Below are positions 1 to 9,531 of a stretch of 64,000 nucleotides of DNA, piece by piece. Made by a program: the position numbers and the translations under genes. Source of the stretch: Candidatus Falkowbacteria bacterium HGW-Falkowbacteria-1 (GTDB lineage Bacteria; Patescibacteriota; Patescibacteriia; Patescibacteriales; UBA12465); NCBI GenBank assembly GCA_002840305.1, contig PHAI01000002.1:74707-138706 (forward strand), read 5' to 3'. Position 1 is the first letter of the stretch; the number at the start of each line of letters is the position of its first letter. The notes beneath the pieces are model-generated. The model had not been told where the DNA came from. It searched no databases and worked only from the letters and a program-made list of their open reading frames with translations.

Positions 1-653
1 GAAGGGTCCATGTCATTTCTTTTATCTAAATAAATTTTTAGACTTTCTAGTGACCTCCTAGAAAAATAGACTGTTCTTACTTTTTGTCCTTTTCCCGTGA
101 CAGCAATTTCTAAATAATCAATGTTTGGCCTTATCTTTATTTGTTCTCTGTCTAGCGCTACTAATTCTGAGACTCGAAGCCCCGTAGAAAACAAAGTCTC
201 CAAGATTGCGCCATCTCTTAAGCCAATGGCCTTTGTTTTGTCGGGTGACTCTAGAAGTCTTTTTAATTGTTCGATAGTTAAAAATTTAATTTCTCGCTCA
301 GACCTGTCTTTGGCTAATTTTATTTTGCTTGGTGGCAGGGAAGGGATGTTTTTTTCGATAAAAAAATCGAGTAATGAACGCAGGGCTATTAAATAATAAT
401 TCTGGGTGCTCTTTTTTAAGTTCTTTTTGCTTTTTAAGTCTGTATGACGGGATAGAAATAAACGATATTTCCAAATTATTTCATCAGTTAGTGATTTTGG
501 GGTAATGTGGTCCAATTTAACATCCTTTAACCATTTAAAAAACTTATTCAAAAATCTAGAATAGTTTTCTTGGGTTTTAATAGATAAACCTTTTTCTATT
601 TCACAATAGTCCAGGAAATCTTTCAGGTACTTTATTATAGGTTTATTTTCCAT
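1..653 (-). CDS. Tyrosine recombinase, XerC/XerD family (3' end runs off window)
   Basis: Manual translation from ATG at 653: MENKPIIKYLKDFLDYCEIEKGLS...AILETLFSTGLRVSEL...VTGKGQKVRTVYF. Has a Xer N-terminal domain, the catalytic Arg box I and the GKG-K-R motif. Not in the ORF track because it is truncated. Confidence 0.93.
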   Translation of the reverse strand, partial: MENKPIIKYLKDFLDYCEIEKGLSIKTQENYSRFLNKFFKWLKDVKLDHITPKSLTDEIIWKYRLFLSRHTDLKSKKNLKKSTQNYYLIALRSLLDFFIEKNIPSLPPSKIKLAKDRSEREIKFLTIEQLKRLLESPDKTKAIGLRDGAILETLFSTGLRVSELVALDREQIKIRPNIDYLEIAVTGKGQKVRTVYFSRRSLESLKIYLDKRNDMDP

Positions 654-729
654 AATCTATTTTTTAAATTGATTTCCAAAAGAGAAGGCTATTCTTCTTA
701 ATATTGCCATTGCTTAAGTAGTGTGCTAT

Positions 730-757
730 ACTTCGCATAATGTATATTAATTAACCT
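730..757 (+). other. dif-like Xer binding/recombination site
   Basis: ACTTCGCATAA-TGTATA-TTAATTAACCT. Positions 734-749 (CGCATAATGTATATTA) match 16 consecutive nt of E. coli dif. Lies ~77 bp upstream of the xer start. The right arm is degenerate. Confidence 0.65.
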
Positions 758-820
758 TATATTAATATAATATATTAAAATCAATAACAAAGCAAGGTTT
801 AGACTAGTAATTAGAGCTAG

Positions 821-964
821 TTAGTATATAGTTAAGCCCATGATATTTATTTCTGGTGTAAACAGAAGCCCTATCTTTAAAAAGATTAAAAAAACTCCAA
901 TAGTAACTAAGCAAAAAACAAAAATAGCTAAACCAAATATAAACTTGAATGTTCCTTCTCCCAT
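821..964 (-). CDS. Small membrane protein (47 aa)
   Basis: Manual translation MGEGTFKFIFGLAIFVFCLVTIGVFLIFLKIGLLFTPEINIMGLTIY*; long hydrophobic segment; fills the gap downstream of the ftsQ-like gene. Confidence 0.65.
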   Translation of the reverse strand: MGEGTFKFIFGLAIFVFCLVTIGVFLIFLKIGLLFTPEINIMGLTIY

Positions 965-985
965 ATTTTTTTAAATTATATTATA

Positions 986-1987
986 TTAATGATAATAAAT
1001 TTTATCTCCATAACGAATATCAATATACTCAATATTCTTTAAATTGTCCTTATATTCCTTTTTAAGCAATAAAAAGCGCTGTATTTGGTCATTATAGTCA
1101 TCTTTTAAGCTAAAAAAGACTAAAACGTCATTAAACAGTCTTACTTTTATAGTGTCTACTGATTCGTCAATTATAAAGTTTTTGGCTCTAAAATCAGTCT
1201 CTATGCCCAGGTCGTTGTATAATTTGATGGCAAATTCGAGGTATTCTTTGTTAATTTTAGCATATTTTGAGTCAGAATCAAGCCTTGAAGAGCTAATATT
1301 TTCCATTAAAGGAAGATATTTGTCAGATAAAAAATCATCAATTGATTCTATGCAATTATTTTCTTGACCTTCTTGTACTTCTTCGTAATTATTTATTTCA
1401 GGATTGTCCGAATTAATAACTTTGTCTAGGGATTCCACCTTTTCCTCTAAAACTTCATAATCTCCTTCATTTGTCAGTAAATCTCCCGTTGTTTCTTCTT
1501 TTTCATCTTCGCATAAGTAGTAAGTTGATATAATGTTGCCGTCACTATCCAAATAATAGTAGCTTTTGCCCTCTTTAAGAATGTAGGCAACTTCCCTTTC
1601 TTCTATTTCCATTTCAATGGTGTTAAATAAGGACTTTTTTATTATAATCTTGGAAAAATTGTAGGGACTAAGAGAATTTGCAAGCTTTGTCTTATTAAAT
1701 AATATTAGATTTTTTTCAGAAAAAAACAAAAATTTGGAATTATTTATCTGATCTTTCACTATATTTTCTATTTCTAGATTATCAACCTCTTTTAAGTCAT
1801 TGATTTTTATATTCTTTATTGTAAAAAGACCAGAAAAGAAGGTTAAATAGACAAAAACAAGCACAAAAATAATAAAAGAAAAGAAAATAATTCTGCATTT
1901 TTTTCTAAATTTTCTATGGGTTTTCTCTTTCATGAAGGGGTTATTTATTTTTTTCCCACTTATTTTTGTTAATCCACTGTTTATCAT
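986..1987 (-). CDS. FtsQ/DivIB-like cell division protein (TM + POTRA)
   Basis: Basic N-terminus, single TM helix, F-x-I-x-x-I-x-I POTRA start, and C-terminal YIDIRYGDKIYY typical of FtsQ. Confidence 0.75.
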   Translation of the reverse strand: MINSGLTKISGKKINNPFMKEKTHRKFRKKCRIIFFSFIIFVLVFVYLTFFSGLFTIKNIKINDLKEVDNLEIENIVKDQINNSKFLFFSEKNLILFNKTKLANSLSPYNFSKIIIKKSLFNTIEMEIEEREVAYILKEGKSYYYLDSDGNIISTYYLCEDEKEETTGDLLTNEGDYEVLEEKVESLDKVINSDNPEINNYEEVQEGQENNCIESIDDFLSDKYLPLMENISSSRLDSDSKYAKINKEYLEFAIKLYNDLGIETDFRAKNFIIDESVDTIKVRLFNDVLVFFSLKDDYNDQIQRFLLLKKEYKDNLKNIEYIDIRYGDKIYYH

Positions 1988-1997
1988 TTTGTATTTA

Positions 1998-3146
1998 TTA
2001 TATTATTTTTCTCTTTATATTAGAGTTTAATCTAATGAGCATTTCGTAGTTAATTATTTCTATTTTGTTACTTAGATTATTAATAGAGTTCTCCATGTTA
2101 TTTATTTCTGAAATTATTTGTACTTTATCACCAATGCTTATTTCTCTGTTCATACAATTTATACAGGATAAATTCATGCACACATTTCCAGCGACTTTAG
2201 CCCAGAAAATGTCACTGTTTTTATTGAATAAAAATTTTGCACAGTTAGAAAATCTTCTGTCTAAACCCTCAAAATAGCCGAAAGGAATAATTGCAATATT
2301 AGAATCTTCTTCTAGTCTAAAATTATCATTATACGATACTCTGTCCCCTGTTTTTAACTTATGAACGGAGACGATAGTAGAATAAAGCCTTAAGGCTGGC
2401 TTTAAATTTGAAGCCACCACAAAGCTCTTATCTTGCTCTTTAAAGGGGTTGTGGCCATAAAGGGCAATACCAGGCCTAAAAGCCGTAAAAACCTTGTTTT
2501 TTAGGTTAAATACACCAGCAGAGTTGCCTAAATGTACCCATTTGGGATAAATTTTGTTTTTATGGAGTATCTCAAGACCTTCAAAAAATTTTGTTTCTTG
2601 TTTTTTGTTAAAAGGGCTGTCTGTATTGTCGGCTTCCGCTAAATGTGAACAAAAACCACTTACCTCTACCTTTTCTAAGTATTTTCTATTATTGTTTATA
2701 AAAGATTCTAAGTCGTCTATGCCCTCCCTGTTCATTCCAGTATTCAAAAAAAGGTGAATTTTTATTTTTTTACCAAACCTTGATAGATATTTTAAAGTCT
2801 TTTCGTTATAAACTACAAATTCTGTTCTCTTTTTTTTACAATACTTATAAGCACCAATGGGCATTTCGCCCATAATCAAAACATCTCCCTTGAAATTTTT
2901 ATAAACTATTTGCGCCTCAGGAAAAGAATCAACGGCTAACATTTTAATGTTACTCTTATTTAATATTTGACAAACCTCTTTCAAGCCATGTCCATAGGCG
3001 TTTGATTTTAAAACTGGAAACATTTCGGCTTGTTTTTGTAGAGAGGAAAGATAATCTAAATTATCAAGTATATTTTTACCTAATATTTCTATTTCATTTA
3101 AAGCTTGATATTTTGGTTTAATTATTTTTTTTATTAAATCAATCAT
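1998..3146 (-). CDS. alr: Alanine racemase
   Basis: VLKSNAYGHG PLP-lysine motif, NTGMNREG, RPGIALYG, VSY catalytic Tyr, GNVCMN. Confidence 0.95.
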   Translation of the reverse strand: MIDLIKKIIKPKYQALNEIEILGKNILDNLDYLSSLQKQAEMFPVLKSNAYGHGLKEVCQILNKSNIKMLAVDSFPEAQIVYKNFKGDVLIMGEMPIGAYKYCKKKRTEFVVYNEKTLKYLSRFGKKIKIHLFLNTGMNREGIDDLESFINNNRKYLEKVEVSGFCSHLAEADNTDSPFNKKQETKFFEGLEILHKNKIYPKWVHLGNSAGVFNLKNKVFTAFRPGIALYGHNPFKEQDKSFVVASNLKPALRLYSTIVSVHKLKTGDRVSYNDNFRLEEDSNIAIIPFGYFEGLDRRFSNCAKFLFNKNSDIFWAKVAGNVCMNLSCINCMNREISIGDKVQIISEINNMENSINNLSNKIEIINYEMLIRLNSNIKRKII

Positions 3147-3170
3147 AATTTTTTATACCAATAACAATGT

Positions 3171-5030
3171 TTATCTAATAACAGTAACTTTTCCTTTACC
3201 ACTAGACAAGCGATCGTTTTCTAAATTTGTATTTATGTTTCTCAGTGATCCGGAAATTTCCTCTTCCGTGAAATCATCGTAGGCTGTAAATTTAATATTA
3301 TTTAATAATTCTAAAACATTACCGAAGTCTTTTTGCCCTGGAATTAAAGTTATTTCGAAATCAGCTCGATATTTGTTGACGCCTCCGTCTATTTCATTTA
3401 TTTCCCAAATAAATCTCTTGCCTATTTCGGCATAAGTTAATTTTCCATCTAAAACTCTTTTGTTTTCTGAAAAATAAACATTATCAGGCAACTCAGCTGT
3501 TAAAATAAAATCTCGTAGTTTGTTGCCAGAATTATTAAACTCCAAAAATACCCAATAATTTGTCGCCATATCAACGGCCGGTGGCAATGGACCGACTCCC
3601 AATTGGTCGCCTTGTGGGCTGTAGTAATAAGCCGAAGCTAATGCTGATACCTGAGAAACAACCTTGTTTTTGCTTGAATAAGAGTTGTATTTGACTTTTT
3701 GTTCATCGATTTGGTATTCAATTTCAGCTTTTAAATAAACTTCTTGGTTTGAGTCTATTCGCCTTTGGTCAAACTTAATATCTAAAGTTATTTCGCCCGA
3801 TTCATTCCCCGACAAATCTTCTATTTTTATCACATTTCCATCTAAATAATAATTATTAACCGATCCTGTAGATTTTACAGAAAAAATAGAAAAAGCCGAG
3901 TTAGCTGATGTTAAAGTAACTGCTATGTCTTTAATTGTATTTATTTCTTTATTTTTATAAATTATTTTGTAGTTTATATCTTCTTTGTCTTTTATATTTT
4001 TTTGATCAGATACAATATCTAATTTTAGCTCTGGCTCCTTGACCGGAATTGTAACAGCACCTTCTTCTAGGTTAAATTCACTATCGATAAAATCAAAGTT
4101 AATATTTGATTTTATTTCTAGATCCTTATTCTCTCTGAGTGAAGCAAGAAAAATTATTTCTTTATTTTCCTTAGGACTTATTTTTTCTAATAATAATTTA
4201 TTATCTTTTATTTCAAGGTCTGTTTTTTTTAGAATTAAATTTTCTCCTAAGTCAATAACTAAATTGCTCAAATCTCGACTAGCATTATTCTTAATAAGTA
4301 TTTTCCCCTCGAAATCACCACCAAAATATATCTTATCCGGCAACTCAAGATTGTAGTTCAAAAAATATTTGTTTATATTATAAAAGTATGAATTTAAAAT
4401 ACCATTTTTTCCACATTTATCACAATTAAAAGTAAAAGAAATCATTTGATGGTCCTCTTTATTCCCTGTCGCGTATCCATCTATTTTTATTTTACCACTG
4501 GTGTCAGAGTCCAATGCTCCTAAATAAAAAGTATTTTTTTCCTTGTTGTACAGATTGGAAGGTGAAACACCCTCTAATATAAAACCCCTGGGAAGCACAA
4601 CTTTTATACTGCCGTCTTTCAGGTCGTCATTTGCTTTATAATCCAATTCAAAAGTTTTTAGCTGTCCAACTATTACATCTTGACTATCGCTATTTATTTG
4701 CAGAGAAACGGTTTTGTTGGTATTTACATTTTTTTCAAAAAACAAAAACACAAGCAAAGCAATTATCACCAAAGACAAAGCAATGTCGGCGACTAAGTGC
4801 CAAAGATTTTCTTTGTAATGTCTTTCATGTCTTCTTTTTATTGGCCCCATTATTAAACTTAATTTACCAACAACAAGGTTGCCACTTTTTTTAACATTAA
4901 TACCGTCAGGGCTTATTTTAACTGATTGGCTTTCGTCACTTTCAATTATTTGATTGTTTCTATCTTTCGGATCAATTATTTCTAAGTCATTACTATTGTA
5001 ATTGAAATTTTCAGTTTTATCTTTATTCAT
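3171..5030 (-). CDS. Membrane-anchored extracellular protein with Ig-like/DUF11-like beta domains
   Basis: Single N-proximal TM helix followed by repeated beta-rich segments; C-terminal YYSPQGDQLGVGPLPP motif. Confidence 0.6.
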   Translation of the reverse strand: MNKDKTENFNYNSNDLEIIDPKDRNNQIIESDESQSVKISPDGINVKKSGNLVVGKLSLIMGPIKRRHERHYKENLWHLVADIALSLVIIALLVFLFFEKNVNTNKTVSLQINSDSQDVIVGQLKTFELDYKANDDLKDGSIKVVLPRGFILEGVSPSNLYNKEKNTFYLGALDSDTSGKIKIDGYATGNKEDHQMISFTFNCDKCGKNGILNSYFYNINKYFLNYNLELPDKIYFGGDFEGKILIKNNASRDLSNLVIDLGENLILKKTDLEIKDNKLLLEKISPKENKEIIFLASLRENKDLEIKSNINFDFIDSEFNLEEGAVTIPVKEPELKLDIVSDQKNIKDKEDINYKIIYKNKEINTIKDIAVTLTSANSAFSIFSVKSTGSVNNYYLDGNVIKIEDLSGNESGEITLDIKFDQRRIDSNQEVYLKAEIEYQIDEQKVKYNSYSSKNKVVSQVSALASAYYYSPQGDQLGVGPLPPAVDMATNYWVFLEFNNSGNKLRDFILTAELPDNVYFSENKRVLDGKLTYAEIGKRFIWEINEIDGGVNKYRADFEITLIPGQKDFGNVLELLNNIKFTAYDDFTEEEISGSLRNINTNLENDRLSSGKGKVTVIR

Positions 5031-5150
5031 ATTTTTTTTCGCACAATGTGCTTATTATATTTATATTATAGTTTATTTTTCTTTAAAAATCAATTAACTT
5101 TATTGGTTAAAACGATAAGCGGAGATAAACAAGGTGGAGAGTAAAAAGCA

Positions 5151-7211
5151 TTAAAAACTAATCGCTCCAACGAGAATTTCGTCCGTACCATTTGCATCTA
5201 TATCGTCTACCATAATTCTAAGCCCGGCAGTAAAATCTTTCTCGTAAGCCAGAAATGATTGTATATTTTTCCCATCTTTATCAAATATTTTTACTTCAGG
5301 ATCCCTGCCTGGACCAGGAACACTGATTATTTCCTTTTTACCATCACCATCAATATCACCAACGGCTATAGAAACGCCACCACGGAAAGTTTGCTCATAG
5401 GCAAAAAAACCAGCAGTTATGGACTTACCATCTTTATTAAAAACTCTAATATGAGGACCACCGCCGATACCAGCTGCTGTTATTATTTCTTGTGTTCCAT
5501 CACCATCTAGATCCATAACAGCAACTCTAACTCCGCCTCGAAAATCCTTGTCATAAGCAAAAAAACCACCTATCAGGGGTTTACCGTCTTTATTAAAAAC
5601 TCTAACATGAGGACCGCCACCCTGCCCTGCTCCGGTTATTATTTCTTTGACACCATCACCATCCAAATCAGCTACAGCAAAAGATATTTCGCCTTTAAAC
5701 TTTCCGTCGTAAGGCTTGAATTCTCTTATTTTCTGATTATTTTTGTAAATTGTAATTAGGCCGTTGCTGTTTACCAATGTTTCATCTTGTTTATCGTTAT
5801 CGATATCACTAATTAATATCTGAGAACTAGGAGAGAAAGCATCCATGTAGGCAAAAAAACCGGAACGGCTTTGTTGCCCTTGTTTATTAAAAACACGAAT
5901 AAAATCACCATTATTAAAGCTGTTGTTTTTTATGGTTGCCACCGAAGAAGCTCTTTTTAAAAGCATTATTGCGTCATTAGCTTTTAATTTTATGAAGTTT
6001 ATTATAGAACCATTATTTACACTTCTATCTTGAGTACCATTGATTTTTTCAAATTCTTCGCCTTTAAAAACATAAAGTTGTTCTTTGTCCGAGGAATTAA
6101 CCATGACAACGCCATTTTCAAAGTCTCTTCTCCATAAACTATTTTTATAATCAGTTATAGTTCTATCTAAAAGGTTGTAAGCCGCTGATCTTGCTTTTCC
6201 CAAGCTAACGTCATATTCGTCATACCACCAAATTTGATTATGACTAGAAACGTCAAAATCAAAACTAAAATATCCATGATTTTCTAACATAGTAGTTGCC
6301 AAACCAAATCTCATTTTTTGATAATTTTGACGACTACCGTCATAAGAATTTACAATTGTTATTTTAGGACTATTATTATCATTATCTATTTTTGAATAAG
6401 TGGATAGAATCCCACTCCAATTGCCATTACTTTCCCAAGAAGCCGGAAATCCCTCGAACATCACTCCGTTTAAAAGACTTTGATAATCAAGAAAAACTTT
6501 ACCATTACCCAAAATTAAATATTTATCACCAATAAGATCCCTGGTCTTTTTTAACATTTTTTTTACACCATTGGACCATCCGTCATTAACATTTTTAATG
6601 CTATCAGCTTGACCATCATTGTTTATATCAAAATCACCTCTGACCCAAGCAACATCGCCCCAAATATTGTCATAAAAGACTCCGTCCCATAAACCGGTAG
6701 AAATTATTTCTTTGTTTACAAATTCTGGTAAAAAATCATTCCATCTTTGACCATTGTTGTTTGTCTTAGCGCTATCACTCATATTCAAAAGATATGTTCC
6801 TTCCCAAAAAGTTGTTCTGTTACCGTCTTTATTTTTCAGCCACCAACCATCGACAATACTATCAACCAATTTTTTTCTAAGTGTTGCATTATAGCTCCAC
6901 TGATCAGAATAAATATTAGCATTAGCTTCTTGGGAGGTTATGTAGGCTAAAATTATTATATTTGGATTTAATTCTCTTATTTTTTTTAAGTTTTGACGAC
7001 TATTTACTTGAACCTCCATATCTAGAATTAATAAATCCCACTTGGCTAATTCTGTAACCTCATAATCAGCTATTGTCCATTTCAAAAAATAATTAGCCAC
7101 TTTAGGATAGTCGCTTTTTTCATAAATAGCAAAACAGGGCCTTGTTTGAAAAATAATCAAAAAGCCTAACAAAACAAAAAAAATATTTATTTTTTTTAAA
7201 TATTTAAACAT
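5151..7211 (-). CDS. Secreted putative glycoside hydrolase (TIM barrel) with C-terminal FG-GAP/VCBS repeats
   Basis: Signal peptide; WDGVFYDN and NGVMFEGF acidic motifs; repeated DLDGDG-x-x-EIIT-G-x-GGGPHVRVF units. Confidence 0.75.
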   Translation of the reverse strand: MFKYLKKINIFFVLLGFLIIFQTRPCFAIYEKSDYPKVANYFLKWTIADYEVTELAKWDLLILDMEVQVNSRQNLKKIRELNPNIIILAYITSQEANANIYSDQWSYNATLRKKLVDSIVDGWWLKNKDGNRTTFWEGTYLLNMSDSAKTNNNGQRWNDFLPEFVNKEIISTGLWDGVFYDNIWGDVAWVRGDFDINNDGQADSIKNVNDGWSNGVKKMLKKTRDLIGDKYLILGNGKVFLDYQSLLNGVMFEGFPASWESNGNWSGILSTYSKIDNDNNSPKITIVNSYDGSRQNYQKMRFGLATTMLENHGYFSFDFDVSSHNQIWWYDEYDVSLGKARSAAYNLLDRTITDYKNSLWRRDFENGVVMVNSSDKEQLYVFKGEEFEKINGTQDRSVNNGSIINFIKLKANDAIMLLKRASSVATIKNNSFNNGDFIRVFNKQGQQSRSGFFAYMDAFSPSSQILISDIDNDKQDETLVNSNGLITIYKNNQKIREFKPYDGKFKGEISFAVADLDGDGVKEIITGAGQGGGPHVRVFNKDGKPLIGGFFAYDKDFRGGVRVAVMDLDGDGTQEIITAAGIGGGPHIRVFNKDGKSITAGFFAYEQTFRGGVSIAVGDIDGDGKKEIISVPGPGRDPEVKIFDKDGKNIQSFLAYEKDFTAGLRIMVDDIDANGTDEILVGAISF

Positions 7212-7292
7212 TTATTTATCACTAGTATAACCGTGAATTATAACACTTTTTTGAAATAAAGTCAACACTACCTATTTTTGACTTGTTTTTAC

Positions 7293-8213
7293 TTAAAAAC
7301 CTATGTTTAAGACGCTTATTTCTGGAAAATCAAAGATTCTTAATGGCAAAACAACGTTCCCTATTCCAGGGGTCACGAACAGATTAATTCCGTCAATAGT
7401 ATAAAATTCTTTGTCGAATCCATGGCTACTTGGAATAACATGCTTATACAAAAATGGTATCCTCATTTGCCCGGCATGAGTATGGCCAGAGACCATTAAG
7501 TTTATATCTTTAATTTCACTTGAATCTTTTTTTAATTCATAAATTGAATCAGGATTATGAGTTAACAAAATTGTAAGATCAATTTTGTCTTCAAACTCGC
7601 TCGGTTTTAAAATTGAATAATCAGGATTGCCTACCCATAAATCGCCCAGCCCCACTATTTCTATGTTTTTATTTTTTATTTCTAGAATTTTTATTTTGTT
7701 ATCAATCACTAGAACTCCCGCCGACTCCAGAGATGAAGAAATCAATTTTGACATATTATTTTCGTTTTTGCCATAATCATGATTGCCCAAAATAGCTATC
7801 TTTGGCATTTTCAAATCTTTGAGTACAGAAAAGTTTTCTACCAAATTTTCTTTGTTAGCAAAATAAACAAAATCGCCAGGAATAAGCACTAAGTCTGGCT
7901 TTGCCTTGTTTATTTTTTTAATAGCCCTTTTTAATAATACCGTATCGTTGTATGCGCCTAAATGAATATCAGAGAAAACCACTACTTTCAGAGTGTTTTG
8001 ACTATTGTTTTGAATGTTGAGGTTGTAGTTTTTTGTTATTAAAAAATTAGGCTCAACAAACCTGGCCCAAATAAAAACGAAACTTATAAGCATTAAAACT
8101 ATTATTTCGAGTTGAACCTTTCTTTTTTTGTAAGTCCGGTAAATTAATAAAAATAGCAGGGGAAATATTAGATAAAAACCGTAATATATAAAGCTTATTA
8201 GAATTCTAGTCAT
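7293..8213 (-). CDS. Membrane metallophosphoesterase (YkuE/calcineurin-like)
   Basis: SDIH, GD, GNHD, HNPD and GHTH motifs; two N-terminal TM helices. Confidence 0.9.
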   Translation of the reverse strand: MTRILISFIYYGFYLIFPLLFLLIYRTYKKRKVQLEIIVLMLISFVFIWARFVEPNFLITKNYNLNIQNNSQNTLKVVVFSDIHLGAYNDTVLLKRAIKKINKAKPDLVLIPGDFVYFANKENLVENFSVLKDLKMPKIAILGNHDYGKNENNMSKLISSSLESAGVLVIDNKIKILEIKNKNIEIVGLGDLWVGNPDYSILKPSEFEDKIDLTILLTHNPDSIYELKKDSSEIKDINLMVSGHTHAGQMRIPFLYKHVIPSSHGFDKEFYTIDGINLFVTPGIGNVVLPLRIFDFPEISVLNIGF

Positions 8214-9463
8214 TATTTTTTAGAAATTTTATCTAATTTTATAGGTAAAAATTGTTTTAATACTTCTGGAATCAGAACACTGCCGTCTTCTTGTTGATTT
8301 TGTTCTAAGATAGCCGGAAGCAAACGTGAAGTGGCTAATCCTGAAGCATTTAGAGTATGCAAAAATTCATTTTTACCATTCTTATCTTTGAAACGCATAT
8401 TTCCTCTTCTAGCTTGGTAATCCAATGCGTTGGAAGCTGAGCTTACCTCTTTATAGATATTCATACTCGGGATCCAAACCTCTAGGTCTACTGTTTTGGC
8501 CATGGCCGCGCTACAATCACCGGCAGCTAAATCACTAACCTGAAAATGTAAATCCAAGCCTTCTAATAATTTTGTGGCCTGATTTTTCATTTCTTCAAAA
8601 ACTGTCCAAGAATCTTCTGGCTTTGTATATTGAAACATCTCAATTTTATTAAACTGATGGCCCCTTATCATTCCTCTCTCTTCTTGACGATAGCTTCCCG
8701 CCTCCCTTCTAAAACAAGCAGAATAAGCGAAGTATTTTAAAGGCAAATCCTCTTCTTTTAAAATTTCATCTCTGTGATAGTTTCCTAGCATCATTTCCGC
8801 GGTGGCGTTTAGACATAGACCATCTTCTACCCAAAAAAGGTCATCTCTAAACTTTGGCATATGACCGGAAGCATAGGCCGATTCTTTGTTTAGCAAAAAT
8901 GGTGGAATTATAAACTGATAATTATTTTTAGTGTGGAAATCAATGAAATAGTTGAGGAGAGCCCATTCAAGTAAGGCGCCGTCTCCTTTGTAGAGCCAAA
9001 AACCAGAACCGGACATCTTAGCCGCTCTCTTGTAGTCTATAATATCAAGACTTTCCGCCAGTTCAACATGATCTTTAGCTTTAAACGAAAATTTAGGCTT
9101 TTCCTTAAAAGTATAAGAAACTTTATTATTTTCTTTGCCACCAGCTAAAACTTCAGGGGCAACTATATTTGGTAAAGATGACATTTTTTGATGCAAATCA
9201 TCCTCAACTTGATTCAAACTATCTTCCAAGTCTTTAATATTGGTATTATTTTTCTTAATGTTTTTTATAGTTTCTTCGTCTGGTTTTGTTTTTGATAACT
9301 TATTTTTTTCAGCTTTCAAGCCTTCTAATTCCAAAATTATTTTTTTTCTAGTATCATCTAACAAAATTATTTTATCCAACCCCAAATTAACGTCACCAAG
9401 GCGTTTTTTAAGAGAAACTTCAATTTCTTTTGTTTCCTCTCTAATTTTTTTTATATCCAACAT
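8213..9463 (-). CDS. serS: Seryl-tRNA synthetase
   Basis: MLDIKKIRE start, coiled-coil arm, FRREAGS, HQFNKIE, HTLNASGLATSR. Confidence 0.97.
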   Translation of the reverse strand: MLDIKKIREETKEIEVSLKKRLGDVNLGLDKIILLDDTRKKIILELEGLKAEKNKLSKTKPDEETIKNIKKNNTNIKDLEDSLNQVEDDLHQKMSSLPNIVAPEVLAGGKENNKVSYTFKEKPKFSFKAKDHVELAESLDIIDYKRAAKMSGSGFWLYKGDGALLEWALLNYFIDFHTKNNYQFIIPPFLLNKESAYASGHMPKFRDDLFWVEDGLCLNATAEMMLGNYHRDEILKEEDLPLKYFAYSACFRREAGSYRQEERGMIRGHQFNKIEMFQYTKPEDSWTVFEEMKNQATKLLEGLDLHFQVSDLAAGDCSAAMAKTVDLEVWIPSMNIYKEVSSASNALDYQARRGNMRFKDKNGKNEFLHTLNASGLATSRLLPAILEQNQQEDGSVLIPEVLKQFLPIKLDKISKK

Positions 9464-9531
9464 AAATTTATTTGTCGCGCCTATTGTTTTTTGTTGTTAC
9501 GCAAAGTGCTAGGCGTAATAAAAACGAATTA

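Noticed and set aside
727..760. loxP-like site
   Set aside because: The left half resembles loxP, but there is no inverted 13-bp right arm; the dif match is better and fits the adjacent Xer gene.
9464..9531. T-box riboswitch before serS (and gltX)
   Set aside because: No GGTGG-ACC T-box sequence, no Stem I motifs, and far too short.
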